DNA of 62,229 nucleotides, the filler included, from Fonticula-like sp. SCN 57-25 (lineage: Eukaryota): assembly GCA_001724245.1 (NCBI GenBank). It is 3 parts of 3 records of this genome, joined end to end, with 100 filler letters (N's around TTAATTAATTAA, not from the genome) between each part and the next. Parts side by side here need not be neighbours in the genome. Positions count along the whole stretch, not along the records: positions 20,522 to 41,883 come from MEDX01000091.1; positions 41,984 to 62,229 come from MEDX01000093.1; 1 more part is not named here. One strand, 5' to 3'. Below, piece after piece: positions 35,047 through 52,413 of this stretch. The notes beneath the pieces are model-generated. The model was not told the DNA's origin, made no database searches, and saw only the letters and a list, made by a program, of their open reading frames with translations. A program made the translations under genes and the position numbers. The stretch's first letter is position 1. The number at the start of each line of letters is the position of its first letter.

Positions 35047-35276
35047 TGTTCCGCTCTCAACCGCGACGGTCGCCCGCGGGATCCTTGACAGTTGGGATTC
35101 GTTTTGAAAAAGGGCGCCTTCAACGGTCACGATGTGATTGGTCAAAATTTCGATCGGCAAACTGTCAAATTGTCACTATTGATCACACTATATTCATCAT
35201 CCCTCTTTGTGAACTTCTGAATACACTAGGTGTATGTAATGCACACGCGCCGCGGTTATGAACCAAGCCGACTGCG

Positions 35277-37022
35277 CTATACCCACTTCTTGCTGTCGTT
35301 GTTCTTCTTCTGCAGGAAGAAGACGATGGCACCAAAGATGGCGAGGAGGATCGCAAAGCAGACGGCCACGATCTCGAGCGACACGGTGCCGCTCGACGAC
35401 ATGGACTTTACGTCGTCGCGCACGTTCTGGGCCATCGACCTCGAGTTTTGTACAATGGATTCAATGGTCGACAGGCGCTGTACGACCTGCGCCACGCGGC
35501 TCTCCACCTGCGAGAGGAGGGCGGCAACGGGCACGCCGCTCCCCTCGCTCCCGCCGCCGACGTTGCGCGACAGCAGCGTCTCAATTCCCTTCCTGCATGC
35601 CACGGTTAGCCAAAATAGAGGACCACCGGCCAATCGCAAAGCGCGCGCGTACTCAAAGTGCTCGAGCTTGGCGGCCAGGTTGCCAATGTCGTGGCGGACG
35701 GCGAGGACGTCGTTCTTGACGGCGTTGAGGGCGAGGGCGTCGGACGGCTTCCCGGAGCCGCTGCCGGCCGGTGCGCTGCTGATGACGCGGATGAGCTCGT
35801 CGAGCTTGTCGCTCAGGCCAATGAGGCGAGAGTCGTCGGCGAACGTGTTCTTGTAGTTGTCGTCCAGGGCAAAGTCATCGTTATTGTCGAGCTCGCTGTG
35901 CACGCGGTCCGCAACATCCTCATAAGCCTACCGCCTGTGTCAGCCATCGCACTACACCCATAGTGCGCGGTCGTACCGCCTGCTGCTCGGGGGTGGCGTC
36001 GATGCCGAGGTCGCCAGGGGCCTTGTCCGGGAACAGCTCGCGAACCTCAAAGTACATGACGTCGTGGTCGTCGGCAACGGCGCCCGTGCCCGCCGAAATA
36101 CCGAGGTAGTATCCCTTGGGGAGGGCGATGCCCTCGCCAGTGAAGCACAGGCGGTAGTCGCCGCCGCGGCCGTTCACGTCAACGTACACCGACAGGTTCT
36201 GGTTGACGTAGATGATCTTGATGCGCGTCGGGACAGGCGCGTTGCGGTAGTTCTTCAGGCACTTGCCAAACTCTTGCGAGAAGCCGTCCGCGTCATAGTC
36301 AAACTCCATCGTGCCGTCGTTCAGCACGCCCATGATGATCGGGTTGTTGCGCTGCAGAGCGTGTCAGTTAACCGCGGTGAGGCCGACAAGAGAGGTAGGC
36401 ACGAACCCGGTTGTCGTTGTCGTAGGTGTCAAAGATGATACCGAGACCGTCCCACTTGTCGAGGTTGCCGAAAATCGGGCCGGTCGTGCCGCGGCTCTTG
36501 GTCAGCCAAAACGCAAGTCCATCGCCTCCAATGCGACCACTGTTGAAGAAAAAGACGCAGCAAACAAAAGGAAAGGCGGTGAATTAGCAATAGAGCTACA
36601 AATTAAACATGGTATTCGTACCGGCTGCTGATGGCGAGCTCGGCCTCGATCTCCCAGTTGGTCAGGTCAAAAGGAACATCGTTCCAGATGGCGCCGCGCC
36701 GGCTGGACGTCGACGGCGCAATACGAACATAGTCGTCCGACAGAATCACGTCTAACGAGCACATTAAGCATTCGCACACTCAACGCTTTCATTCACGGCC
36801 TTGCGTATACAAGGCCGCGGTGTGGGGAAATCACGCACCTCCATATACGTCAAAGTGGGGGAACTCGTTGGTGTCAGGGAGCACGAACGGCTTCTTGAAC
36901 GAGTGCTTGTAGGCATGCCGCGAAAGGTACTTGGGAACCTCATCCGCCTCCAAGCGGCGCGCCGCGTGCGTCTGCACCAGGAGCGCCCCGAGCACCACAA
37001 GGGCGACAAAGACCTGCCGCAT
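35277..37022 (-). CDS. LMAN1: L-type lectin cargo receptor (ERGIC-53/LMAN1/Emp47 type), multi-exon
   Basis: Signal peptide, KHSFKKPF, GGDGLAFW, IIFDTYDN, GISAGTGAVADDHDV, coiled stalk, TM, KKWV* di-lysine tail. Confidence 0.88.
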
Positions 37023-37066
37023 CCTTCCTCCAAAGCGATGGCAAGGAGGTCCCGTGACTGGAGATA

Positions 37067-37139
37067 CTTGAGGGGCATTGTTTACGCCGATTACTTGAGG
37101 GGCATTCTCGATGATCGAGGATAGATCTCTTGAGGGGCA
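37067..37139. promoter_or_regulatory. Three direct copies of CTTGAGGGGCA upstream of the lectin gene
   Basis: Copies at 37067, 37094 and 37129. Confidence 0.5.
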
Positions 37140-37556
37140 CGGCTGCCTTGTCGGCACTCTTTCGCGGCAAGCTCCCTATTCAAGCAGTGCTCATTTTGAG
37201 CAGCGCCTCGCTGCAGCAACAATCACGTTCCATCGCCTCTCCCCGCCACTTGCCAGGGCAGACGGGCATCCGATGTGAGATATCTCATATGTCACCATTT
37301 TCCGACGACGCTATTTCCTAATTAGGAATCACACTGGCCATCTTGACCAATCTCGAGCGCGCAAGTCTTCGCGGGGCAGTGAGCGACCAAGGGCGCTAAG
37401 GGCAAAAAATTTGTCTGCGTCTGCTTGCGGGCTTGCCTTGCTTGTGGCTCGAGAGGACGGTGTCGAGACTGTTAGACGCATTGTTTTTCATAGATACGGG
37501 GGCAGCAGCGGTCTAGTTCAAGCCGATCACGGGTGATCATTTGATACCGCGCCGAG

Positions 37557-39755
<2,199 letters not shown>

Positions 39756-39951
39756 TGAAGAGTTTTTACAAGTTGTAGAATTTAACGTATTTAATTCCTA
39801 TGTTATTGCGCGTTACACAATACACAGTGCGCTGAATATGAACGGAAAATCCCGTGGAAACATGCAGGGAAACACTACTTTTAGTGGGAAATCAACATAT
39901 AGATGATATGTCCACGCCGAGCAGCGCTTCCCGCCCTGTTCGTCTAGATGC

Positions 39952-41698
39952 TTACTGCTTGAGCGTGAGCATCGCCGCCTCGACGGCCTTGCGCGCGTTG
40001 ACGCGCCCCTGCCCGTAGTGGTAGTTGGGGTACGTGGTGTAGTGCACGCCGCCGCACTCGTCCGACCCCGTGCGGCCATTGTCCGGCGCGGGCATCCCCT
40101 GGTCGGCGGTGGTCTCGAGGATGCTGGTGAGCTGCTCGACGGTGAGCTGCGGGTTGACCGAGAGGATGAGCGCGGCGACGCCGGTGACGTGCGGGCACGC
40201 CATGGAAGTGCCGCTCTTCTCAGAGTACTTTGCGTCGTCGTAGCTGCCCGTGAGGCTGGTGGCCGAGTAAATGTCGACGCCGGGCGCCGCAACGTTGGGC
40301 CGCGCGACCGAGAAGCCGTCGCCGCCGACGCCGGGACCGCGGCTGCTAAAGTCGGCGAGCACGTCGTCCTCGTCGGTGGCGCCGACACCCACGACGCCCT
40401 CGTGGTCAGCGGGCGAGCCGGCCGTCTCGCAGCGCGGGCCCTCGTTGCCGTTGGAGAAGACGGGCAGGATGCCGGCCTCGAGCCACGCGCGCGTCCAGTC
40501 GTGGTAGAAAATGTCGCCGCCGCCGCTGCCCCACGAGTTGGACACAATGTCCGCGCCGACAGAGCAGTCCTCGTTGTCGTTCTCAAGGTCGGTCGGGCAA
40601 ATCACCCACTGAGCGGAGCGCGTCAGGCCATAGTCGAGGCAGGAGCCGTCGCGGCAGCCCTTGGCGGCAATCCACTTGACGCCGGGGGCAACGCCAATGC
40701 CAAAGTCCTCAGAGCCGGCAATCGTGCCCATCGTGTGCGTGCCGTGGCCGTTGTTGTCAAAGGGGAACTCGGCGCAGCACTCCCACGGGGAGCAAACGCC
40801 GGGAATGCACCACCCTACGGACAGCGTCAGCAGGAAGTACAATACAAGGATAGCAAGCAAAAGTAAAGAAAACGCATGCAACAAAGCAGCAACATCATCA
40901 CAAATATACACCACATGCGTACAGGGATCGTTGGCAAACTCCTTGGGGTCGAACCAGTTGTAGTTGTGCTCGGCCACGTCGGTGCCGTTGTAGCCGCGGT
41001 ACGAGGCGAGCAGCGACTCGTGCGTGTAGCGGACGCCGGTGTCGATGCCGGCAACCGTCACGCCGGCGCCGCGCGTCACGTTCCACGCAACGTCAGCCTC
41101 AATCTTGAGAATGTTCCACTGAAGCGCCTTCTCCAGCTGGACGCGCGGGAGGCCGATGCGGGCGCGCGGAACGGGGTCGATGCGGCCGGCAACATTGTTT
41201 CCGCGCACAAAGCTCACAGAGGGGAGGCGGGCGACGCGCTCCACCAGGGCGCGCGTGGCCGAGTGCACAAACACACAGTTCACAATCCACATAGACTCGA
41301 CCTTGAACTCGGCGCCCTCGCGCGCAAGAACCTCGAGGACCTCGGCCTGGGACGCCTCCGCAAGCGCAACGCGAATCTTAAGGAACCATTAGCAAAGATA
41401 TAACGGAAACAGAGAAAGAAAGAAATATAACACAACAATAACAATAGCATGATAATAGGAAAGCATGGCGTACGTCGCGCGCGAACTGGCGGCGATCGGG
41501 ACGGGACATGGTCTCGAGCTCGGGACGGCGGGCCTCGAGGGCCGCAGCATTCGCAGACACAACCGGATTCACACAGATAAACGCATCAGCGCGGCCGTTT
41601 TCATCAAGTGACTTTAGCAGCGACGCCTCCACGGACGCAGCCGAGGCAGCGACAGCGGTCGCGAGCGCCGCCACAATGAGCAGCGGAAGGACCTTCAT
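39952..41698 (-). CDS. Secreted subtilisin (S8A, bacillopeptidase F-like), multi-exon
   Basis: Signal peptide; catalytic triad motifs IDTG, HGTHTMG and GTSMACPHV; GVAPGVKWIAAKGC. Confidence 0.93.
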
Positions 41699-41883
41699 CG
41701 CGGAGCGCTTCCCCACACTTCAAAACTGATTCAAGGCTGGAATCTGGGGCAGATTTTTCTATTGTTGGAGTCTTGGAAATATCCATATGGGTGCCCCTCA
41801 CCTAGTCAGAGAAAATTTTTGGAAAATCTGAGAAATTGGATCCGATGATGGAAAACGTCTCATCCAAGTAAATTCATTGAACC

Positions 41884-41983
41884 NNNNNNNNNNNNNNNNN
41901 NNNNNNNNNNNNNNNNNNNNNNNNNNNTTAATTAATTAANNNNNNNNNNNNNNNNNNNNNNNNNNNNNNNNNNNNNNNNNNNN
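41884..41983. other. Artificial contig spacer (44 N + TTAATTAATTAA + 44 N)
   Basis: Identical to 20422-20521. Confidence 0.95.
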
Positions 41984-44883
<2,900 letters not shown>

Positions 44884-45752
44884 GCCGTTCCCTCCAGGCA
44901 GGCGTGGGCGTGTCCACGTGGTAAAGCTCGCACGTACGTAATCGCGTTGATGATTGGACTGCGGACACTATCACTTTCCCGCGCTTTTCCTCTTACGATT
45001 GTCAACCACGTGGCCTTTTGAATACTTTGTCAGCAATCGCAGAGGGTCGATAATGATCGAAACGGACGAAAAATGGTCGAAAAAGATGCCAGAAACCGAG
45101 CGCGTTCGTAAAGTATTGTGCGCGACATTATGCACAATGGCTCATAGTACATTCCATGGATCAAAAGTATAATTTATTATTGAGAACATGCTCTCTGCTG
45201 GCCCGAAACTGTATCATTTTTGGCTGGCAGCAGCAGCGATGCGGTTGAATCGAAACACCTCAACTTTACATATGGCGACGCTGTACAGCTACCTGACACC
45301 CCCAATACAGCGTCGCCAGCATCTGCATAGCTGTCTATTCATACCTGCGCTGCTGGACAGGCTGATGTCCCATGTGCATCCCTCTCTGACCTTTTCCACC
45401 ATTCCGCATCGCTCTGTACATCAAGTCCGGTCGGGGGTGCAAAATACTGCCCCCCCAAGCAGCCTCGCGGTTTGGCTTTGTCGATCCGAATTGCCTGGAA
45501 ATTGCGGTCCCATGGCCAGGGCACGGAAGACTTCGGCTGAACCGCTCCAGCCCGAGGTCGATCGATCACCTTATCCTAATTTGGGCAATAAAATTCAGCT
45601 GATTCTTACCTGATTGGATGAAAGGAACCGGGCTGGCCAATAATCGATCGGCCAGGGAACGTGAAAGTGCCCTTAACGTTTCCTTATCAGAGTTTGCCTC
45701 TCGAGCCACGCACGCAAGGAACCGACCTGGCGCGCGCCAACGTTGCAGTGCC

Positions 45753-48700
45753 ATGGCTGACGACGAGAACACGGCGGCTGCCGCTGTAGAGGCAGCCGCC
45801 ACGCCTGTGGCTACCTCTCCGGATGCCGCGGTGAACGTGCACGAGCAGGAGGCTGTGGAAGCCGCTACCCCGATCGGCGAGAATGAGAATCCCACTGGTA
45901 TGCTGCCCTGCGGCCACGTTACCGTTTTGCTAAACGCGCGTAGATGCCGCCGGTGTCGAGAAGAAGAAGAAGAAGAAGAAGAAGAAGGTTGTGGAGGGCG
46001 GCGATGGCGAAGGTGCGCTAGATTCGGCCAAATGTTTCCATTGTGACTCACTCTACTGGATAGCCTCTGATGATGCCCTTGCCGGCGACGACACCATCAA
46101 GCGCAAAAAGAAGAAGAGGCGCGTGCCCGCTGATCCGGCTGCCGGTGATGACATCCCGATGACCCCGCTTTCCCCGTCTACGGAGCCCGCGACGCCCGGC
46201 TCCATCGCCGAAGACTCGCCCGCTGTCGACCACAGCGTGGTCGAGCTCGCCGATCCGGCCTCGGATGCGTCCACGCCCGCTATCGCCTCCACTGACCTGA
46301 CCCCTACTGCGACGCCCAAGGTCGCCGCGCTGAGCGATGACGAAAAGGAAAAGCCCGCGGCCGCCACGCCCGGCAAAAAGTACTCTGGCTCCGTGAGCGT
46401 CTTTCAGATGTTCCGCTTTGCGACCATGGAGGACATTCTGCTGATGATTGTTGGCATCATTGGCGCGATCGCGCACGGCGTCATTCAGCCGCTCTTTTCC
46501 GTCATTTTTGGTAATGTCATCAACTCTTTTGGCCCGAGTGCCGGCAACACGCTCGATGCTGTTGCCGAGAACGCGATCTGGTTTGTTATTCTCGGCGCTG
46601 TCGCCTTTGTCGTGAGTTACTTCCAGGTCATGACCTTTTTGACCACGTCGCACCGCCAGGGCAGCCGCATTCGCGAGGCGTACTTTCACGCTCTGCTCCG
46701 CCAGGAGATCACCTGGTATGACTCGCAGGATCAGGGCGCCATCACGTCGCGCCTTGCCTCGGACATTGACCTCATCCAGGAGGGTCTCTCTGACAAGATC
46801 ACCCTGATCGTCCAGAACTTTGCCATGTTCATTGCCGGCTTTATCGTGGCCTTTGTGTACAGCTGGAAGATGACGCTCGTCTTGCTTTCGCTGCTCCCGC
46901 TGCTGCTCGCCTGCGCCACCACGATGGGCAAGATCCTGACCACCTTTACCCAGCGCGGCCAAAAGGCGTACTCGAACGCCGGCATGGTCGCCGAGGAGAT
47001 TGTCGGCAACGTACGCACCGTGGCTGCTTTTGGCGGTCAGGAGCGCGAGATTGTGCGCTACGCCAAGGCGCTGCTGCCCGCCCTCAGGCTCGGCGAGCGC
47101 AAGGGTCTTGCGACCGGCCTCGGCATTGGCTGCACGATGCTCGTCATCTACTCGTCGTACGGCCTCGCCTTTTGGTACGGCGCCAAGCTGCTCAACGACG
47201 GCGAGTTTGGCATCGCGCCCGCGGGCGCCGGCAGCGTGCTCACCGTCTTCTTTTCGGTCATGATTGGCTCGATGGCCGTTGGCCAGGCCGCGCCGCACCT
47301 TTCGACGATCGCCAACGCGCGCGGCGCCGCCTACGAGATCTTCCGCGTCATTGACCGCACGCCCGAGATTGACAACATGGCCGACGAGGGCCGCCGCCCG
47401 GACTCGATCAAGGGCGACATTTCCTTCAAGGGCATCAAGTTCCACTACAAGACGCGCCCCGACGTGCCGATTCTGCGCGGCCTCGACCTCGACGTGAACG
47501 CCGGCTCGACCGTTGCGCTCGTCGGCGAGTCTGGCTGCGGCAAGTCGACGACCATTTCCCTGCTGGAGCGCTTCTACGACCCCGTCGAGGGCCAGGTGTT
47601 TGTCGACGGCAACGACGTGCGCGAGCTGTCGGTGCGCTGGCTGCGCGAGCACATTGGCGTCGTGTCGCAGGAGCCCGTGCTCTTTTCGACGACCGTGGCG
47701 GAGAACATTATGTTTGGCAAGCTGGGCACCTGCACGCAGGAGGAGATTGAGGCCGCGGCCAAGACGGCCAACGCGCACGAGTTTATCATGCGCCTGCCCA
47801 ACAAGTACGAGACGCTCGTTGGCGAGCGCGGCAGCCAGCTGTCGGGCGGCCAGAAGCAGCGTATCGCCATTGCCCGCGCGCTCATCAAGAACCCCAAGAT
47901 TCTGCTCCTCGACGAGGCCACGTCGGCGCTCGACAACAAGTCGGAGAAGATTGTGCAGGACGCGCTCGACAAGGCGCGCCGCGGCCGCACGACCATTGTG
48001 ATTGCGCACCGCCTGTCGACCATCCGCGACGCCGATCGCATCGTCTGCTTTGAAAAGGGCCTCATCGCCGAGTCGGGCACGCACGACGAGCTCATGGCCA
48101 TCAAGCACGGTATGTACGCTTCGATGGTCGAGCGCCAGGCGCTGCACACGGGCAAGTCGAGCAAGAAATCGATGTCGCGCATGGCGTCGCGCGCTTCGTC
48201 GGTCGCCACGCTCGACCTCGCCTCGAGCGAGTCCAAGGTGGACGTTGAGGGCGAGGACGAGCTGCTCGAGGACGACATCCCGGTGGCGGCGCCCGAGAAG
48301 GACCCGCTCGAAAAGGACGAGCTTGTCGCTGCTGAAAAGATGAACACGCGCTCGGTGCTCATGCGCGCGTACGGCATGTTTGGCGACGAGTGGTGGCTGC
48401 TGCTCGTCGGCGGCATCGGCGCCATCGCCTGCGGTGTCATCTACCCCGTCTACGCCATCATCATGTCTTCCATGCTTACGGACCTGCTCATGCTCAGCGG
48501 CCAGGCGCTCATGGACGCTGCCCAGTTCTGGGCGCTCATGTTCTTTGCGCTCGCGTGCTGCGGCTTTGTCGCGCAGCTGCTGCACCAGTGGTTCCTCATC
48601 ACGGCCGGCGAGCGCCTCACTGACCGCATCCGCAACAAGATGTTCAAGACGATCGTGCACCAGGACATGGGCTTTTTCGACCAGCAGAAGAACTCTGTCG

Positions 48701-50115
48701 GCGTGCTGGCGACCCGCCTCGCGACGGACGCGACGCAGGTGCAGGGCGCTACTTCGCAGAACCTCGGCGTGATGCTGCAGAGCGCTGGCACGCTCATCGG
48801 CGGCCTGATTGTCGCGCTCATTGCCTGCTGGCGCGTCGCGCTCGTCGTCGTCGCGTGCATCCCGCTCGCCATGGCCGGCGGCTTTTTGCGCATCCGCGCC
48901 GTGCTCGGCTTCAACCTCAAGAACAAGGCGGCCTTCGAAAAGGCGGGCCACTTTGCCGTCGAGAGCATTGGCAACGTGCGCACGGTCGTCGCGCTGAACC
49001 GCCAGGAGGTGTTTATTGAAAAGTTTAGCCTTGCGCTGAGCGCGCCCGTAAAGTCTTCGATCCGCAGCGCGCACATTTCCGGCCTTGGCTTTGGCCTCGG
49101 CGAGATGGTCGGCCTGCTCATCTTTGCGCTCGCCTTTTGGTATGGCTCGCAGACCGTGACGGACCTCTTCTGCGACTTTAACGGCATGTTCCGCGCCATC
49201 ATGGCCATCGTCTTTGGTGCCATGATCACTGGCCAGATCAACTCGACCGCCCCCGACGTCGGCAAGGCGCGCGTCGCCGCCCGCGAGATCTTTGAGCTCT
49301 TTGACCGCCCCGTGCCGATCCGCTCCGACTCTGAGGACGGCCGCAAGGTGGAAGCCGTGTCGGGCCGCATCGAGTTCCGCAACATCCACTTTAGCTACCC
49401 GTCGCGCCCGGACCTTCCGATCCTGCGCGGCCTCGACCTTGTTGTCGAGCCCGGCCAGACGGTCGCGCTCGTCGGCCAGTCGGGCTGCGGCAAGTCGACG
49501 CTCATCCAGCTGCTCGAGCGCTTCTACGACCCGCTTCGCGGCCAGGTCGTCGTCGACGGCATTGACATCCGCGACCTGAACGTGCAAAACTGGCGCTCCA
49601 AGATTGGCCTCGTGCAGCAGGAGCCGATCCTCTTTGCGTGCTCGATCGAGGACAATGTGCGCTACGGCCGCACCGACGCCACCCTCGAGGAGATCCGCGC
49701 CGCCACCGAGGACGCCAACGCGCTCCGCTTCATCGAGCGCCTCCCCGACACGTTCAACACGTTTGTCGGCGACAGGGGCACGCAGCTGTCGGGCGGCCAA
49801 AAGCAGCGCATCGCCATCGCGCGCGCCATGATCAGGAACCCCAAGATTCTGCTGCTCGACGAGGCCACCAGCGCGCTCGACTCCGAGTCGGAGCACGTCG
49901 TGCAGGAGGCGCTCGACAAGGCCGCCAAGGGGCGCACGACCATCATGATCGCGCACAGGCTGTCGACCGTCAAGAATGCTGATGTCATCGTGGTGATCGA
50001 CCAGGGTGTCGTTGTCGAAAAGGGAACGCACTCGGAGCTCCTCAAGCTCAAGAAGCACTACTACAGCCTCGTCATGCAGTCCGAGAGGTCGTCGGCAAAG
50101 CAGAGAAAAAGTTAA
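45753..50115 (+). CDS. Full-length ABCB/MDR P-glycoprotein (two small 5' exons and one large exon)
   Basis: TMD-NBD-TMD-NBD layout; GESGCGKST and GQSGCGKST; two copies of [14 protein letters not shown] and LLLDEATSALD. ATG at 45753, poly-Lys second exon. Confidence 0.96.
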
Positions 50116-50698
50116 TGTCGCTAGAGTATTGACAGTTCGGTGAATACATATTAATATATTGTGTCGTGTATGAATATGGTGCTGTGTGTATGTATGGTGC
50201 TGTGTTCTGTGTTGTGTTTAAAAGTGTCATTTTCCCTCTTCCTACCACGCATTTTGGTCATTTAGATTGTACCGGCAAGCATATTTCCCGCGCCGGCAAC
50301 GACCATACCCCCCATGTTAATAAAAGTTCATTCAATGACACATTTGCCGCCATTTGCCGCCATTATTTCGCAATCCGCCATTCACATGCTGACACGCTGC
50401 GCGCATCATACCACATTGCGGCCGCACCAATGGTTTGGCGCGTTTTCACACATGCGCAGCCCCCTGCGCCCCGTTTTCACATGCGCGCCGCCGCCGGCCA
50501 CCAAAGTGCGCCGATGGACCAATCAGAGGCGGCGAAATACGATCTAGGCCATTAGGCACGGATCACGTGATCTTGATTTTGTGAGACAATTTGGCCGTCC
50601 TGCCGCGCACACGCCGCCGCAGCACTCGCCTCTACGTCTCGCGTACCCGCGCGTTATTCCGCGCCAAAATACCACGCTTTCCTTTTCTCTCAGGGCTC

Positions 50699-51739
50699 AT
50701 GTCGCTCTTCAACTTGGTAAAGTCGAGATCCAAGTCGTCGGATTGGACGCTCGACTTTAGCAGCGATGACCTCCTTGGCGCTGGGGCCGGGACGAGTCAG
50801 TTCCTGTCAAAGTTTCGCGAGGCAGAGATCATGGCGCTGCTGACATCGAGCGGTGTGATCCCGCACGCGGCTTCAAAGGGATACGACTCGTTTAATGTGC
50901 GGTTTGATCTGTCGGATCCGTTCGTGCACAGCCTCTTTCTCGACGCTCGGCATGTGGCGACCGATAACGTGTACATGCTGATGGAGGTGCACCTGCGCGT
51001 CATCTGCAACGCCGGCGAGCTCAAGCTGAGCACCACCGCGTCGGACCTCACGCCAGGCCAGCTCTTCTTCCTCAACTCTGTGCAGCATCTCGACCATCTG
51101 CGCCTGCTCGCGTGCGAGTTCCTCCGCCTTCAGAACCCGGCCATCCCGTTCTCGGCATCGCGGCCGCCGCTGCCCGGGCAAGATCACCCCGGCCTCGGCT
51201 GCATGCGCCAGGCCGGCGACTTTCTCGTCGATCTCGCGGGCAGCCACTCTTGCGACGGCATCTTGAACGCGCCGCAGCACTTTCAGAACGCGTTCCTGTA
51301 CGCGCGGAACGGCTTCGAGTATGCAAACGCAGAGGTGCAGGGCGGGTTTGACACAATGGTCGCGGACCTCAAGGGGGACCTCGAGCGCCACGGGCTCGCG
51401 CCGGTGGCCAACGCGGTGCTGCAGGGGAGACTTTTTATGCACCGCAAGCTCGAGGTCAACGGGAAAAAGGAGGAGCAGCGCGTGATCTGGGCGCCAGAGG
51501 AGCAGATCTTTCCGATCTCAGACAGGTTAAAGGCGTACCTAAAGTCAAACCCCTACGAGCGCATCAGGAAATGCTGCGTCGCCAAGGGGGTCTTTTTCAT
51601 CGACTGGGACTGCCCGCTCGCCTCGGACGACGACATCAAGGAGGCGCAGGTGCTCAGGCACGCCATCGTTGACGCGCTCGACGTGGGGGAAAAGATCAAA
51701 AAGGTCGCAGAGGAGGAGGAGAAGAAGAGGAAACACTGA
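50699..51739 (+). CDS. Uncharacterised protein with a bacterial-like domain, intronless CDS with a probable 5'UTR intron
   Basis: Clean ORF containing EFLRLQNP..FSASRPPLPGQDHPGLG..DGILNAPQHFQNAFLY, a motif I recall from bacterial HDAC-associated and standalone hypothetical proteins. Confidence 0.7.
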   Translation: MSLFNLVKSRSKSSDWTLDFSSDDLLGAGAGTSQFLSKFREAEIMALLTSSGVIPHAASKGYDSFNVRFDLSDPFVHSLFLDARHVATDNVYMLMEVHLRVICNAGELKLSTTASDLTPGQLFFLNSVQHLDHLRLLACEFLRLQNPAIPFSASRPPLPGQDHPGLGCMRQAGDFLVDLAGSHSCDGILNAPQHFQNAFLYARNGFEYANAEVQGGFDTMVADLKGDLERHGLAPVANAVLQGRLFMHRKLEVNGKKEEQRVIWAPEEQIFPISDRLKAYLKSNPYERIRKCCVAKGVFFIDWDCPLASDDDIKEAQVLRHAIVDALDVGEKIKKVAEEEEKKRKH

Positions 51740-52413
51740 GTGTGGCGCTTTTTTTTGTTAGTTTGCTGCCTGTTGGTATCAACATGAAGCATTATTTCTC
51801 GTGTATCGATCCTGTATTGTGTGCAATGTACGTCCTTTTGTCTCTTTTCGTTCAAAGCACAGGCAAAGGCAAAGAAAAGGGCGATGCGTGGGCCGACGGC
51901 GAACACAAAATGGGCATAATGCATGATTGGGTAACATGCTTGTGACAGGCTTGTTGCTTCTGGAATGTTGTGCCGCGTGCTTGTGCGCCACATGCTCGCG
52001 GCGCATGCAGGGCACCAAAAAAGATGTACAATAACTCATTTAATGTATGCGAATGATATGGAGCGTACCTGCTTTATGCTATGATTGCCATGCACATATA
52101 TACCCATGATGATTCGCACGCGCCAGATGAGCCATGATCATTACAGTGTTCCATGCAAATACACTCTCAAGCCCATTCGTAATGCAGCGTGTCTGCTGCT
52201 CTCTTTCGCCCCCTTTGCCCCTTTTCCAAATAGCACCCCTGCCTATCCCTCCCTATCCCTGCCTTACCCCCTACGTCCTGCCTTACTGCTGCCCCATTGG
52301 CCGAGCGCGGCTAAGCCCACTTCGGGAAATTACCTCTGATCACGTGACTCCCTGCGTGGCATTTTCGAGCTTGACCACTGGCCTGACCTCCCTACCCTCT
52401 GGGCATCGCGGCC

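Noticed and set aside
40816-40922. Hydrophobic segment in the subtilisin ORF that looks like a transmembrane helix
   Set aside because: It is a stop-free intron (GTACGC..GTAG with a CTGAC branch site) read through by the ORF caller.
46048-50058. 1336-aa antisense ORF opposite ABCB, and similar antisense ORFs opposite ANT, DDX52, subtilisin and TauE
   Set aside because: Expected shadow ORFs from strong GC3 codon bias. They show no recognisable domains.
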